Assembly: GCA_009914755.4 (NCBI GenBank)
Contig: CP068257.2
Coordinates: 19,488,001-19,552,000 of the forward strand
Reading direction: 5' to 3'
DNA length: 64,000 nucleotides
Source: the human T2T-CHM13v2.0 reference genome, Homo sapiens
The notes below the pieces were generated by a model, which was given only the letters and a program-made list of their open reading frames with translations, ran no database searches and was not told the DNA's origin. The translations under genes and the position numbers were made by a program. This document shows positions 1 through 15,549 of the stretch, piece after piece; within the stretch, counting starts at the first letter, position 1; each line of letters opens with the position of its first letter.

Positions 1-560
1 CTGTCTTAATAATTACTGCCATAAAACAACAACTATTTATTATTTCTCACAATTCTTTGGGTTGGCGGGGTGATTTCTTTTCATCTGAGCCCGTATTGTC
101 TAATGTGGGCTGGGTTTGCTCAGCCATCTCCAGTTAGTTGGTGGGTTGACTGGAAGCTGGCTGGGCCATGGATGGACCTATTCAGTTCTGTTTCCTATGG
201 CTTACGTCTTTCACCAAGGTAGCCCTGTGTTTTTATATCCAAGGCAGGGGTCAAAGAGTTTTTGGAAGCATGCAAAACCTGCTGTGTCCATCAGAACTGA
301 GCCATTGTGACTTTGGCTGCATTCTACTAGCCTAGGCAAGTTAACAGTCATCCAGAGTTCAGAGAGAAATAAGCTACAACTCTTGACAGGAGGTTGGCAG
401 AGCTGTGGTGCAAACTATCTATTGCAGTCTCGTGTACACTTGTGAGAAACAAATCCAGCAAGGTGATTGTCCCGAATGAACCTTCCTCAGCTGACTTCTT
501 CCTTATTGAAACAGCAACTCAATTTCAAGTAAACACATCTCATTGCAGTCTGTGTATTTT
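1..560 (+). mobile_element. LTR-like fragment (ERVL/MaLR-type solitary LTR?), truncated by window edge
   Basis: Opening motif TTATTATTTCTCACAATTCTTTGGGTTGGC resembles the 'tatcttacagttctggaggtcagaagtc' region of MaLR/ERVL LTR consensi. Non-coding and CpG-poor; family not resolved. Confidence 0.3.
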
Positions 561-640
561 CCTTGGTAATATAATTAAACAAATATAATTAAATTTCAAA
601 ATATTTAGTGAGAACATATGATTTGAAAATTTTGTGTCTG

Positions 641-960
<320 letters not shown>

Positions 961-1279
961 TTAAAAACACAGTAAATTATGTCTACAATTGTCGTCTGTT
1001 AATACCCATTCGATATTATCTACCTTTCCTCAGTCTAATCCCACCCCCGTGGTGAGGAATTGTAACACACTGGTTCCCGAGATCAACCTGCAATGTTGTA
1101 AGATGCTACAAATGTCTTGAAATACGTTCCTCTTCTGCCTTATTTCTTTAACAAATATGTCTGATGCGCATTGCAATTAATATATTTTGCTTTAGGAATT
1201 TGATGAGCTAGTAAATTAGAGGAGGTAATATAAATTAGGTATTTATATTAATAACCCAAACTTTTCTTTATAACAACCT

Positions 1280-1345
1280 TATGATTTAGGTGTTACTGTT
1301 ATCCTCATTTTACAGATGATGAAGTGGAGGTACAGAAAAATAGTG
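1280..1345 (+). mobile_element. MIR-like SINE fragment
   Basis: TTATCCTCATTTTACAGATGATGAAGTGGAGGTACAGAAA matches the MIR core 'tatccccattttacagatgaggaaactgaggcacagagag'. Confidence 0.35.
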
Positions 1346-1370
1346 CACATTTGAATTCATTCTTGATTGC

Positions 1371-1679
1371 TTTTTTTTTTTTTTTTTTTTTTTTTTTTTG
1401 AGACGGAGTCTCACTCTGTCGCCAGGCTACAGTGCAGTGGCATGATCTTGGCTCACTGCAAGCTCCACCTTCCGGATTCAAGACCATTCTCCTGCCTCAG
1501 CCTCCCGAGTAGCTGGGACTGTAGGCGCCCGCCAGCACGCCCAGCTAATTTTTGTATTTTTAGTAGAGACGGGGTTTCACCATGTTGGCCAGGATGGTAT
1601 CGATCTCTTGACCTCATGATCCGCCCACCTCGGCGTCCCATAATGCTGAGATTACAGGCGTGAGCCACCGCGCCCGTCC
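1371..1679 (-). mobile_element. Alu (AluS/Y-like), antisense, with 10-bp target-site duplication
   Basis: Poly-T of about 30 at 1371-1400, then the reverse complement of the Alu consensus ending GGCGTGAGCCACCGCGCCCGTCC. TGATTGCTTT is present at 1364-1373 and again at 1680-1689. Confidence 0.93.
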
Positions 1680-2875
1680 TGATTGCTTTCTAATAACATT
1701 CAAGTAGATTATCTTTGACAAATGTAAGGGCCATTTCAAAAATTAATCAACATGGTGGCAGACAAGGTAATGCTGACCAAACTCTTGCTGTTTTCCATAA
1801 TATTTTTAAATTATTTACAATAAAATTATAATTCATTCTTATATTTAGAATGTAACATTATGTGCAAGTGCCTGTGTGTATTGCAATGATCACACAACTT
1901 GAGTTTTGCCTGTTTAACATAACAAAGAAATATCAAGAGCATTTTTTCATCACCTGAAACAGTTTAGGATTTTCAGAAGCTGGAGTAGGCCTCTAAAATA
2001 GTAAACTTAGGTCAGCTTTCGAGGGCTACATTTGCTAATTGAAATAGTAACAATGGAAAGCAGGAACTATTGTGGAGACATGGAATCAGGGTAAAAACTT
2101 ATGCTCAGGAAAACTTTGAAACTTGAGCAAAACTCATTGTGTTCAGTTTCTGAATCATGAACCAAACCTAAGAAGTCGTTTAAAACTGAGTCATGCCATA
2201 GAAAGTTTAAGTACCTTTTTTTCTTCTCCTAGGCTCCTTTTCTTTAGTCTGTGATAGCACACCTCCAATTCTCACCCTAGTGCTATCACCATCCTAAAAC
2301 AACTAAGAATAAAACTTGCTTCTGCTTCTCTTATGAAGAGTCTCAATGAGACATGTATGTTACCATTTTTACAAATGGCAGGATATGTAAAACTAGAAGG
2401 CAGGGCTATGCTGGAGCCTGATTGTATCATTTTAGAAAAACTCATTGTTACATTTTCTGAAATTGTGTAAGCTGATTGTTAAACACAGCCATTACTAAAA
2501 ATTAAATTATATAAGCCAGAAATATAAGCTAAATTAAAAGCAAAGGTAATAAATGCTCAAAACTCACCAGTTTCTAAGTGTTTTATTACATATACTATTA
2601 CCTATATTCTGTAGTTGTCTTATGTCTATTGTACATGTCTGCATATGATAGAAATACTATGTAACTCCGTATTACTGTGCATTTTTTGAATACCACATTC
2701 AGTAATGTCACATTAGTGGCTGGTGTGCCATTTTTGTGTGAGAACTATCATGAAATTTTTTCCAAATGAATACTCATCATTTCTTCGTAAAGAATATTTA
2801 TTCAACTGTATCATACCCCTGATGTGAGATCTAGTTCATCTAACTGCTTCTTGGAAACAGTTTTGAAATTTCAGG

Positions 2876-3400
2876 GTGGGGAGATAATATTTTACATATA
2901 TATGTAATATATAATATTTTACATATATATGTAATATATAATATTTTACATATATATGTAATATATAATATTTTACATATATATGTAATATATAATATTT
3001 TACATATATATGTAATATATAATATATTACATATATTCATACATATGTAATATATAATGTATTACATATATAGAGACAGATATATATATCTATATATAGA
3101 TATATATGTAATATATAATATTTTACATATATAATATGTAATATATAATATATTACATATAATATGTAATATATAATATATTACATATAATATGTAATAT
3201 ATAATATATTACATATATAATATGTAATATATAAAATATATATTACATATATACATATATAATATGCATATAAAACATAATATACATATTTATTAAATAT
3301 ATAAATATATAATATGTTATATATAATATATAATATTTTACGTGTATATATAGAGATATATATATCTATATATAGAGATATATATGTAATAATATTTTAC

Positions 3401-3435
<35 letters not shown>

Positions 3436-3440
3436 TTGAG
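2876..3440. repeat. AT-rich complex tandem repeat (27-bp unit ATATTTTACATATATATGTAATATATA, about 6 clean copies at 2882-3035, then degenerate copies), ending in (GA)12
   Basis: Visible periodicity. The track ORF 2840-3040 translates to reiterated ICKILYITY (9 aa = 27 bp). (GA)n is at 3414-3437. Confidence 0.9.
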
Positions 3441-3939
3441 GTTTTCCAGGAAAAGTAGAAACCACATATTCTTTTTTTTCAAACAAACCTACTTTTCAAA
3501 ATTGTTAAAATTGAATGGATTTAATGCAGCGCAATAGTCTCTGAATTGAAACTGAATGAACTTCATTTTCCATTCATTTTCAGATTTCATGGGAAGAAAT
3601 GATGGAAAGTTAAGCAAATAACTCATTCCTTTCTTCACTAGTGTATGTAATTTAACCAACCAAAATTATCTGCAAAACTGTTGCTTTAGTATTTATTCCA
3701 TTTAAGCCAGAGAATTACTAAGCCTGTTCAAATTTTGTAATGTTTGTCTAACACGCGCATGAAAACTGGCTACATCCAGTAATGTTTCCTAGTAAAGATG
3801 CTCTATTAGTCTTATTTCTCAAGTTGTTCTTCTTAGAAACATAAAGAAATACTTGCTTTTGACAGAGTTTAGTGAGGGATCATTTCCGGGGTAGGAGCCA
3901 TGAGACCAGATCTGACTTCCATTTCCGATACTATCATGG

Positions 3940-3944
<5 letters not shown>

Positions 3945-3973
<29 letters not shown>
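3945..3973. repeat. Pure poly(A) tract, A29
   Basis: Uninterrupted A run directly after ...CATGGAACAT, with no Alu body upstream. Confidence 0.9.
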
Positions 3974-3975
<2 letters not shown>

Positions 3976-6900
3976 GCAGAAAAAGTGTATTTGAATTAGC
4001 GTAACCTAGTGAAAACATTTTTTAAATTAGTATGGTCCACTTCTCAGATTTTGTAACATGGTGAAATACATCCAAACAAATTTTTTTTTGGTAAAGCTAA
4101 ACATACACATCCATACATATGCACAGGTATGTACATTCAGTTTAGATAGAGAAAATGTCTTCTAACTTTCGATGTATTTGTTTATATTCCTGTCACTGTA
4201 ACATAATAACCATAGTATCAACATATTATTAATTATTTTGAATACCAACCCCATTTCTCTACCTATTTGTGTTTGTGTGTATTCTAATTGTATGTGTGTG
4301 CAGATTGTGAAATATCATATATTTGATATATTTGTTGAAGCACACTTAATAAAATCTAATAATGCAAGTGAAATTTCAACAGAAGCTTCTGTGAAAAGAG
4401 GAGCTAATCTTATGTTTTGTGAAAAGTAATGACCTCAAACACAGAAACTGATAATCAAATAAAATATCAGTGTGTTTGATTAGCTGTAATGTTGAAAAAA
4501 TCCAAGATAATTTCTCATACACAGTTATACTTCTGAAACTGTCATACGTGTGTATTATGAAAGGTCATTGTCATTTTTTTGTAAGTTAAAAAACGTTGAT
4601 GCTAAGTAGATAAACTACACAGCAAAGTGACGCTTTTACCTTCTAGGAGAAAAAGGTAGAAGTTAAAAAAACTGCATCTAAATTTTACTCTCTCATCTAC
4701 TTCCCTCATAAGAACTTTCAGAAATAACTGATGCATATACATTTTACCATGTTATTTCATTATATTTTTCATTATTAAAAAAGAATAAGAATCTGTCATA
4801 ATGTAACTATATTAAATTTATTCTATTTACATGACGGTTTTATTTGTAAGTAGTTTTTTAGATAATCCTTAAATACATTATTTAAGCATAAAATGAACAC
4901 TGTAATATATATTTAGAAACTAAATATCAAGAAATACATTTCCAAATGTATTTCTTGATACATTACATTTCAGTTTTTCTCTGAAACGAAAAACTGAAAT
5001 GGAACATTTGCAAGTATAGTCAATAAATTTATTTATTTTATTTTTTGATACGAAATAATTGTACGTACTTATGCAGTACATTGATATTTTGATACATGCA
5101 TAAAATGTGTAACGATCAAACCAGAGTAACTGGTTATCTATCATCTCAAACATTATTTATTTATTTGTTTTGGGAATATTCCAGATCTTCTCTTCTAGCT
5201 GTTTTGAAATCTACTATAATTTCTCTGTAACTATAGTAGCCTTATTGTGCTATCGAACACTAGAACTTGTTTTATGTAAATATATTAATATTTTTATACT
5301 CATTAACCAACCTCTCTTCATTCTGCCTCCCTCACCTTCTCAGCCTCTGATAATCACTATTCTACTCTCTACCTTTATGAAATCAACATTTTTTAGATTC
5401 TACATATGAGTAAGATGATGTGATATTTGTGTTGCTGTGCTTGGCATATTTCATTGAACACAACGTCTTCTAGTTCCATCTATGTTGCTGCAAATGACAG
5501 GTTTTATTTTTATGACGAATATTTCATTGTGTATATATACGTATATACACAAACTATTTTTTCTATATTTATGTCTCTAAATATATACATTTAAATTTAA
5601 ATATACGTTTAGCTTCCTTAAATAACACACAATTATATTAACTAGAAACCTGGCTGACGCCCAGCTCATTGATGAGACCTGCAGTTTGTGATGGCCAGCA
5701 TGTCACACTTGCCACCCATTGTTACTACCTACCATTTTCCCTTTGTATTTTTTTTTAAAGAATAAATCAATAAAAAGCAAGAACTGTATGTAGGAAAGGA
5801 AATATTACATATTACATCTGGGTGTGAATTTTAAGGAAGGTGCAATCCAACAGAAAATATACTCTAGGTAGGGGACTGTAGTTCATATTGTGTTAGCTTG
5901 TTTGTGGTGGTTGTTAGTTGGTCAAAGAACAAATATAGAGTGAATGAGATTTGTGAGGGGTTTTTTTTTTCTTTTAAGCAAAGCATCACTGGAATAAGAT
6001 AAAGTCTCTCTTTACTTTGGTATTAAAATGGATGCATGCCTGGTATTCACAGGAAATTTGTCTAAGGGTTGTACATGTCACCTTGACTTTCAACTTAGCA
6101 TCTGATAGGAGAACTTTATTGGCATACAAATGAGCAGAGAGGGTGACTGATGTAGTGAACTCTGCATTTTGCTTGTACTGAAAAGATTAAGATCTTTCCT
6201 TAATTGAGAATTAAGACAACTAATGAAAAAGAGCAAAAATCATAATTGAGCATTTTATATTACTGTGCCCAAAAGTTGGAATTTATAGATCCTGTAGAAA
6301 CAAAGTAAAAGTAGTGTCGAATAATGATTTATTGATCTTCTGTGTAAGTCATTTAATTTGATTCTGAGTGAAATATAAAGTAAAATCTACAAATAAAATA
6401 TAAAATAATTGGGCTTTGTAAGGCAAGAAAAGAAAAATGAGTTGAAAAGCATATGTGAAGAGTTAAGAAATTATTTGACGTCAGATAATAAAACAAAAGA
6501 TCAATGCTTAAATTAAATCTACCTTGGAAATGGCAAAAATATAATTATTACTATACAAAATCAAATCAGAATTGTAGCAGAAACATTAGAAGACATCAGA
6601 AAATAATCTTAGAGGGATTAAAGCCAATTTATTAGAAGATATTGTGGGGACCAATGTAAAAACATCCAAAGAATGAATGAGCAGAAATGAGTTAAAACGA
6701 CAGCAAACAAATTTGACAGCCAAGAACAACAAATATTATCAAATTTTAAATTATTTTATGAACTGCTTATTAAGAGCTATCATTAAGTTTTCAGGTAAAC
6801 AAATTTTAAAACGTATAAATTTGCATGTAGATACTGTGGCAAGTTTATTGATCATATTAGTCTTTATAATGTGAAAACTTTTAAGTCTTTAAAAATAGAC

Positions 6901-7179
6901 TGAAAATTTATATCAGATACTGTACAGACTTACCTTTATCAAACACTTCTTTTACTTTTAAAAATGTATTTAATTCACAAATGAAGATTGACTATATTTG
7001 AAGTGTTAGAACTTAATGATTTAATCATTGTATTATGATTACCACAGTCAACACATCCAAATGTCTTATTAATTTAATTATAGCAAATAAAAGAAGGTTA
7101 AAGTAATGACTCAACTAGTCTTACTAGATTTTTAAGTTGCTTGCAAATTCTGTTGTAGAATATTGTCTATTTTCTACTG

Positions 7180-7495
7180 CCAGCTGCTATATCACGTGGG
7201 CTTCTATATCAAAAATGCTGCAAACTGGATGGGTTATATACAACAGAAATTTATCTCCAGTCTCCTGGAGACTGGAAAATTCATCATCAAGGCACCAGTA
7301 GATTCAGCGTCTGGTGAGGGCTGGCGATTTGGTTTTTAGATGGCATTCTCACTTTTTCTTCACGTAGTTGGTGCTAGCTAGCTCACTGTCGCCTCTTTTG
7401 TCGCTGTTGCCACCTTTTAATACTATCATGTGGGGGATTAGGTTTCAATATATGAATTTTAGAGGAGCGCAAGCATTCAGTCCATAGCAATAGTT
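7180..7495 (+). mobile_element. MaLR-type LTR fragment
   Basis: ...ATCATCAAGGCACCAGTAGATTCAGCGTCTGGTGAGGGCTGGCGATTTGGTTTTTAGATGGCATTCTCACTT...GGGGGATTAGGTTTCAATATATGAATTTTAGAGGAGCGCAAGCATTCAGTCCATAGCA parallels the mammalian LTR consensus '...atcaaggtgccagcag...ggggttaggatttcaacatatgaattttggggggacacaaacattcagtccatagca'. Confidence 0.4.
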
Positions 7496-8978
7496 CAGTG
7501 TAAGTAATGATCTTAAGTATGGTAAATTCATTGTATGATGAATCTGTATATTTTCACGAGGATCTGCTTATGCAGCTTCTGGTGATATGTAATGTTAGAA
7601 AATGCAAGGTGAATTTTGGACTTAGAAAATGCACCTATTGAATAAGAATACATTATTTTTTGCCTGGGATATTACTTAAAGTAGCATCATTTTATTTAAA
7701 TAAGAATACAGAACTCATGTTCTGGGAAGAACTAATATATTGTGCTAGATATGGACCTCTCTTCTTACTCTAAATAGTGTTGTCAGTTAAATTTTAAATA
7801 AGGAACAATGAGAAAAAAATAAATGTATAAAACAAAGGCTAACTAGGAATATTATCTAAATATATTTTAAATAAAATTTTGTGTGAAATGTCTTTTGAAT
7901 AGTTTGTTACAATTTTATGCACTGTGGAATAGTGTTAACATTATAATTTGACATCATCTAGCAGTTGGTAATACAAGGCTTTGTACAACTGGAAATCATG
8001 CAAAGGTTATCTTGTTCATCTGGGGAAATTAATATTGTCAATAGGATTTTATTAAATGTAGTTAATAAAATATTTAGTGGAACATTTCTTTTTTAAGGAA
8101 TTTTTAGTCAATACTGGCAGTCCTCAAAGATGTTGAATAATATATAATGGTACGTGCATCAATCTCCCAAACTTTTATTTGACTGTGTAACTGTGCTTCC
8201 AATAACATTTTCACGAATGTAAAAGCCTAAATATATTGTATAACAAAGAAATATATATAATTACACTAATTCCGATAGATTATTGGTAATCTGTTGGGGA
8301 TAGTCAGTAGGGATGAATTACTATGTTTATATTAACTTAATTTGACATTTTAAAACATCATTGCCAAATGTCAACATTCATATCTGAGGAAATGCTTTAA
8401 TTTTTGCTTACTCTGTGCCATAACTTTTGCCTCTATGTAAATTACCAATTTTTTTTGGTATTTTTAACAGTGGTATTAACTTATTAAATAAAAACCAGTT
8501 GAAAATATGTTTCTGGGTGAATATTTAAAATGGCAAAACGTATGTCCAAAAATATAAGCTGGTAATTTATTACCATTTTAGTTCACATTTTTCTAAATTG
8601 GCCAAGCAAAAACAATGATATTTAGTTTAACTGAATGTTTCAGGTATAACGTGATCAACGTTATTGATACTAAACTAAAAAACAGAGTGATATGTTTTAA
8701 ATTCTTTTGTGGAATTCATTAGATTTTTTTTGTTTCCTCTGTGATCCATATGTGCAAAAACGTAATCATGTGAGAATGAAAAGGAATAGACCATTTAAAT
8801 AAGTTTGAAATCCTCATCTAAATATGTCAAGGTGTGTTAACACTTATGAAAATCACAGCTAATATAGACATTTCTAACTGATCATTGGATAAATGGTGGG
8901 GTTTGTGATAGAGGCAGAGTTATCACCATTCAATAACCATATCTACAACCAATATCAGATAAGTTACTTTATTTCTAG

Positions 8979-9436
<458 letters not shown>

Positions 9437-9639
9437 TAATAGTGCTGTATGAAAATTGTATGCTTCTCAATTTTATGCATATATTTTATTCAAAAGGTTT
9501 TAACTTAAATTGTTTCCCAGTATGTATTGAACTTCTGTTATGGCCAAGATACTAGAAAAGATTCTGTATACAGAAAAGTGAATAATAGAAAGTGTGTATT
9601 TATATAAATAGCTAAGTGGCTTAATTTCCTATTGATATT

Positions 9640-10215
9640 GTAACAAATTGTCACAAAGCTTAAAAACCACACAAATATATTATTTTACACTTCTGTGGAT
9701 CAGAAATTTGAAATGAATCATACAGGGCTAAAATCTGGGTGTTAGCATCTGTTACTTCTCAAAGCTGAGGTGAAGAATCCTTTTCCTAATCTTTTCCAGG
9801 TTCTAGGAGTTTCCCGCATGCATTTGCTCATGGCCTCTTCTTCCATCTTCAAAGGCACCTGCTTAGCATCTTTAAATTCATCTCCCTATCTCTCCCTCTT
9901 TCTTGCTCTCACTCTTTTTTACTCTCACTCTTGCTTTTGCTTTCTCTTTCTCTCTGACTTCTGCTTCTGTGGTTACATAGCCTTCCCTGACTCCCACCCT
10001 CTTTTCCTTATAAGAACCCTTGTGACTACAATAGTGCCACTAGGATAATTCAGGATAATTTTCCCATTTCATCTCAAGATCCTGTACTTAATCACATCTG
10101 TAAAGTCTTTTTTTTTTTTCATATAATTCAACATATTCACAGGTTCCAGGGATTATAAAGGGAATACTTTGAGGGAAGAGGGATTGCTCTGTCTACCATT
10201 GTCAGTATATCTGCA
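9640..10215 (+). mobile_element. MLT1-type (ERVL-MaLR) solitary LTR
   Basis: Starts TGTAACAAATTGTCACAAAGCTTAAAAACCACACAAATATATTATTTTACACTTCTGTGGATCAGAAATT (consensus 'tgtaacaaattaccacaaacttagtggcttaaaacaacacaaatttattatcttacagttctgg'). Downstream TTATAAGAACCCTTGTGACTACAATAGTGCCACTAGGATAATTCAGGATAATTTTCCCATTTCATCTCAAGATCCTGTACTTAATCACATCTGTAAAGTC and ...CATATTCACAGGTTCCAGGGATTA match the MLT1 3' half. Track ORF 9770-10048 lies inside it. Confidence 0.65.
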
Positions 10216-11671
10216 TTTTTATTACAGCTTGTATTTAATTATGTATGTGTACATACTGAATGGGAGAAAAAGCACCTCAGTATTCTAATTTCAGATTGTA
10301 GCACAGTCCCTACACACATTAAAATAACTTATTACTAAATTCCATAAGCCTTACTAAAGACTTTAAAGTAAAGTTCCTCATGCTCCAAAATAAACATAGA
10401 TCCTGGTTTTGTATTATCAGCATAGATAAATCTCACTTTATTTTTATGAACACATTTTTATTATGGAATATAAAACCAAGAGAGACAAGAACATAAGCTT
10501 AAACTTGCAACATAATGAATATTTTTTAAAATGAATAACCACATAACCACTGCACAAGGCAAGAATAGAACCCAGCACTCTAGAATCCTTTGTGTGCCAC
10601 TTCCAGGGTAAAACCGTTAGACATAACCACTTTTCTATCTTCTGAGAATCATTTTCTTGATAACATTTATCACTTATACATAGATCCTTAAACAATATAA
10701 TCATACGTGTTTTTATAATATAAATCAATTCATTTTACCTATATTATGACAGTTATTTTCTTTGCTCAAATTATATTTTAAGATCCATCTATCTTTTTGT
10801 ATGTGACTTTGGATTATTTCAATTTTTATACAACATTCCATTGCTTTAATTTATTATGCAATCATTTTAGTAACAGTAAGCTACAGTACAAACAAATAGT
10901 AAGATACAATGATAATACTAACAATGAAGAAAACATTCAGAATTGATTAGAATATGCTGTGGCAACAATCTCCAAACTCCTTGACTTGTCTCTCTACACA
11001 TACCTCACTAGTCTACTCAACATGGAGTTTACACTAACACTCGGAAGTAGCAGCCATATCTGGGATATTGACATGTTCTGTGGCAAAGGGAATGAGCACA
11101 TGGGCTGATCGTGTTCTGTCTTTTAAAGCTTCTGCCACAAACTGACACAGTTCACGTCCACTCCTAATTCATTAGCCACTGTAAGTCACATGCCCATATC
11201 TGATTTCAAGGAGGCAGAGGAGTACCAAATGGGAAAAGACCTGTAAATATATGGCAAATTGCACTGACCAGTTCAACAACTGTGGTATTAATTAGTCATC
11301 ACATATTCAATCCACTGTCCTTTTTGCCCACAAAAGGCACTCACCCTCCATGATGGAGTCAATCCAAAAAAGATCTCATAGAATTATTCTCAAAGTGCAA
11401 GATACCAGAATGATGTGCAGTATTTTCATCATCAGTGCATAATGCACAGTTGTTGCTGCCTCGACCCTGATCTGGAAACTCATGAAATTAAAAAGGTATT
11501 AACTTACCCACATCCCCATCCCTTACCCAACCAACTTTCACTGGAGGAATAGGAACAGGATACCCATAGAGAAAACAATCCATCAGAAAGGGGAGAAAGT
11601 TGAGATCTCACTGGTACATATTGATGCTGAAGTAACACTGGGTAGATGGTTGTGGATATTCCAAATCTTAA

Positions 11672-12083
<412 letters not shown>

Positions 12084-12425
12084 AGCACTGCTCTTCTATT
12101 TGCTTCTTAACTACCTCTGAAGAAGACAGTGGAGACCAGGAGTGTAGGCCTTCATGGGTTCTGGGTGGCTTTGTAGGATTGGTTTTTGTCTATAGGAGTT
12201 AAAGAGCCTAATGGTCCATTAAACTCTGAATATCTACAGACACTTTAGTCCTGGATAATGCTTTCTTTTACAAAATAAAGTGTCCTAAAACTGTCTATCA
12301 TTTTCATTAAAACTTTTTAATGTGCTAATAGAAAATGAGATATAGTCTTTAGATTTACCATATTTTTTGTTTTTTAATTTTTCATTTCACTTACTTCCAG
12401 TTGAATTATGGTTATATTGCAGCCT

Positions 12426-13056
<631 letters not shown>

Positions 13057-14119
13057 TTGTATTTCATTTTTGTGCCTTTAGTGAGAGAGCCACAAGTTAA
13101 GTCCCTTTTATCTTGTGGCATATTGCTCAGTAGAAAGGATTCGGTAGGTGCCAAATAATATTATTCGAGTTTTTGCTCTGAAACACCTCGATAGAACTGA
13201 AGTTACTTAACAGTGAATGTGACAGTCTTAGCATTTATTTTATCCCTGCTTCAAGTCTGAGTTCAATTGTTCTTGTCACTCGAAGCTCTTCTCAGTTTTA
13301 TATGCCGTTGGCCTTGATTAGCGGTTGCATCTTCTAACCATGACAGTCCTTGGAATGCTTGTACTCTCACTATCTCCACTATTTCCGTGTCCTAACTCAC
13401 TGTTTTCTGATCTGATCTGTTTCTTGTGACAGTTTGCCAAATTCAACTCCTAGGAACCAACCTGTGCTTTTTTCAACCTTTTCCACTGGGACTCCAAGTT
13501 CATTAAGTATATACATTTTTCTTCCAAGTTATTACAGGTGGCAATTGTACCTAATAGTTCAGAACATGTGTCATGGATTCCATGTTCCCAGCCCTTCCTA
13601 GGAGTTTCCTTGCCTTAAAGTCCACAGATCCTAAGTCAGTGTCCCATGTATTTAAAAAAAATTGTTATGACATCATTTGACTTCTAGTTACCAATTTCTG
13701 GTGTGATGGACCATGTTATCCTGCAGTTACAAACAATTTTGAAGGCTTAGTGACTTACAAGAATTGTTTATTTATCGCTCTGTTTATATATCCATCATGG
13801 GTTACCTGGGGCCTTTCTCTTTCTTTACATCTGGACCCAGACTATTTGAACAGACACTTATCTGCAACATTAGGGGTCACTCTGGTGAAGGAAAATAAAG
13901 GAAATGGAGACTCCTCACTATTCTTTACCATTTTCTTCTGATACAGTTTGCTACCATTTGCATGTAAATAGCTAGAGGAAGTCATATAGCCATAACTAAC
14001 TTTAAGGGTGAAGGGGAATACGATTCAGCCATGTATCCAGAAGGGAAAACAACCAGAAACACTGGTGAGCAACACTATAGAACACCACAAATGATAACAG
14101 CATTGAAAAATCTTTCTGA

Positions 14120-14488
<369 letters not shown>

Positions 14489-14735
14489 TAATTCTCTTTC
14501 TACAAAAGACGACATGCAATGAAATCCTTCCGGTTGCAGACACCATGCAAAGCAAAGGGAAAGTTAAACAACTGTTCCTCAAAAGAAATTTTGAATGTTA
14601 ATAGTAAATAATTGATTTTTTTTTTTTTGGTTTAAGGACAAAAAAGCTATAATTTTTAAGAATTGTTATTACTGCCAAGAGTTAATACTGGCGAGTGCCA
14701 CTTTATGACTTAGAGTTGCTTGGTTTCTGGTTACA

Positions 14736-14859
14736 ATTTTTAGTAGAGGCAGGTTTCACCATGTTGGCCAGGCTGTTCAGGGACTCCTGGCCTCAAGGAT
14801 CCACCCACCTCAGACTCCCAAAGTGCTGGGATTACAGGTGTGAGCCACTGCGCCCAGCC
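14736..14859 (-). mobile_element. Truncated Alu (left-monomer half only; right monomer and tail absent)
   Basis: TTTTTAGTAGAGGCAGGTTTCACCATGTTGGCCAGGCTG...CTCCCAAAGTGCTGGGATTACAGGTGTGAGCCACTGCGCCCAGCC. Confidence 0.8.
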
Positions 14860-15147
14860 ACAATTAATAAAGTTTGTTTGAACATATTATAAAATGTGTT
14901 TAACACATGGTGCCGATATTGTCAAAATTAAAAATTAGAAAAATACACTGCCATTATTATACTAAAATATGACTGCTTATGTCAGAATATCATACAAAGT
15001 TCTGTTACTTAAAAGAAATTATTTACAAATTAGAACTTTTCCAAGAAGTATGTATTTACATATTGTGGCATTTCACAATACAGCACACTTAAAAATAATT
15101 GATACTTAAACATGTTCCTATAAAGTATTCTAAATCAGGTGAGAGAC

Positions 15148-15211
15148 TTCAATATGATTTATAAAAAATGTTGGCCGGGTGTAGCATTCAATATGATTTA
15201 TAAAAAATGTT

Positions 15212-15220
<9 letters not shown>
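15148..15220. repeat. 34-bp tandem duplication (TTCAATATGATTTATAAAAAATGTTGGCCGGGTG x2, 5-bp spacer TAGCA)
   Basis: Copy 1 at 15148-15181 and copy 2 at 15187-15220 are identical. Copy 2 runs directly into the Alu at 15212. Confidence 0.9.

Positions 15221-15549
<329 letters not shown>

Noticed and set aside
2876-3440. Regularly spaced direct repeats, which could be mistaken for a CRISPR array
   Set aside because: The repeats are contiguous with no unique spacers, the sequence is about 100% A+T, and the host is clearly a primate genome. This is a eukaryotic tandem repeat, not CRISPR.
9770-10048. 92-aa ORF on the + strand
   Set aside because: Inside the MLT1-type LTR at 9640-10215. The peptide is low-complexity (SLFLALTLFYSHSCFCFLFLSDFCFC).
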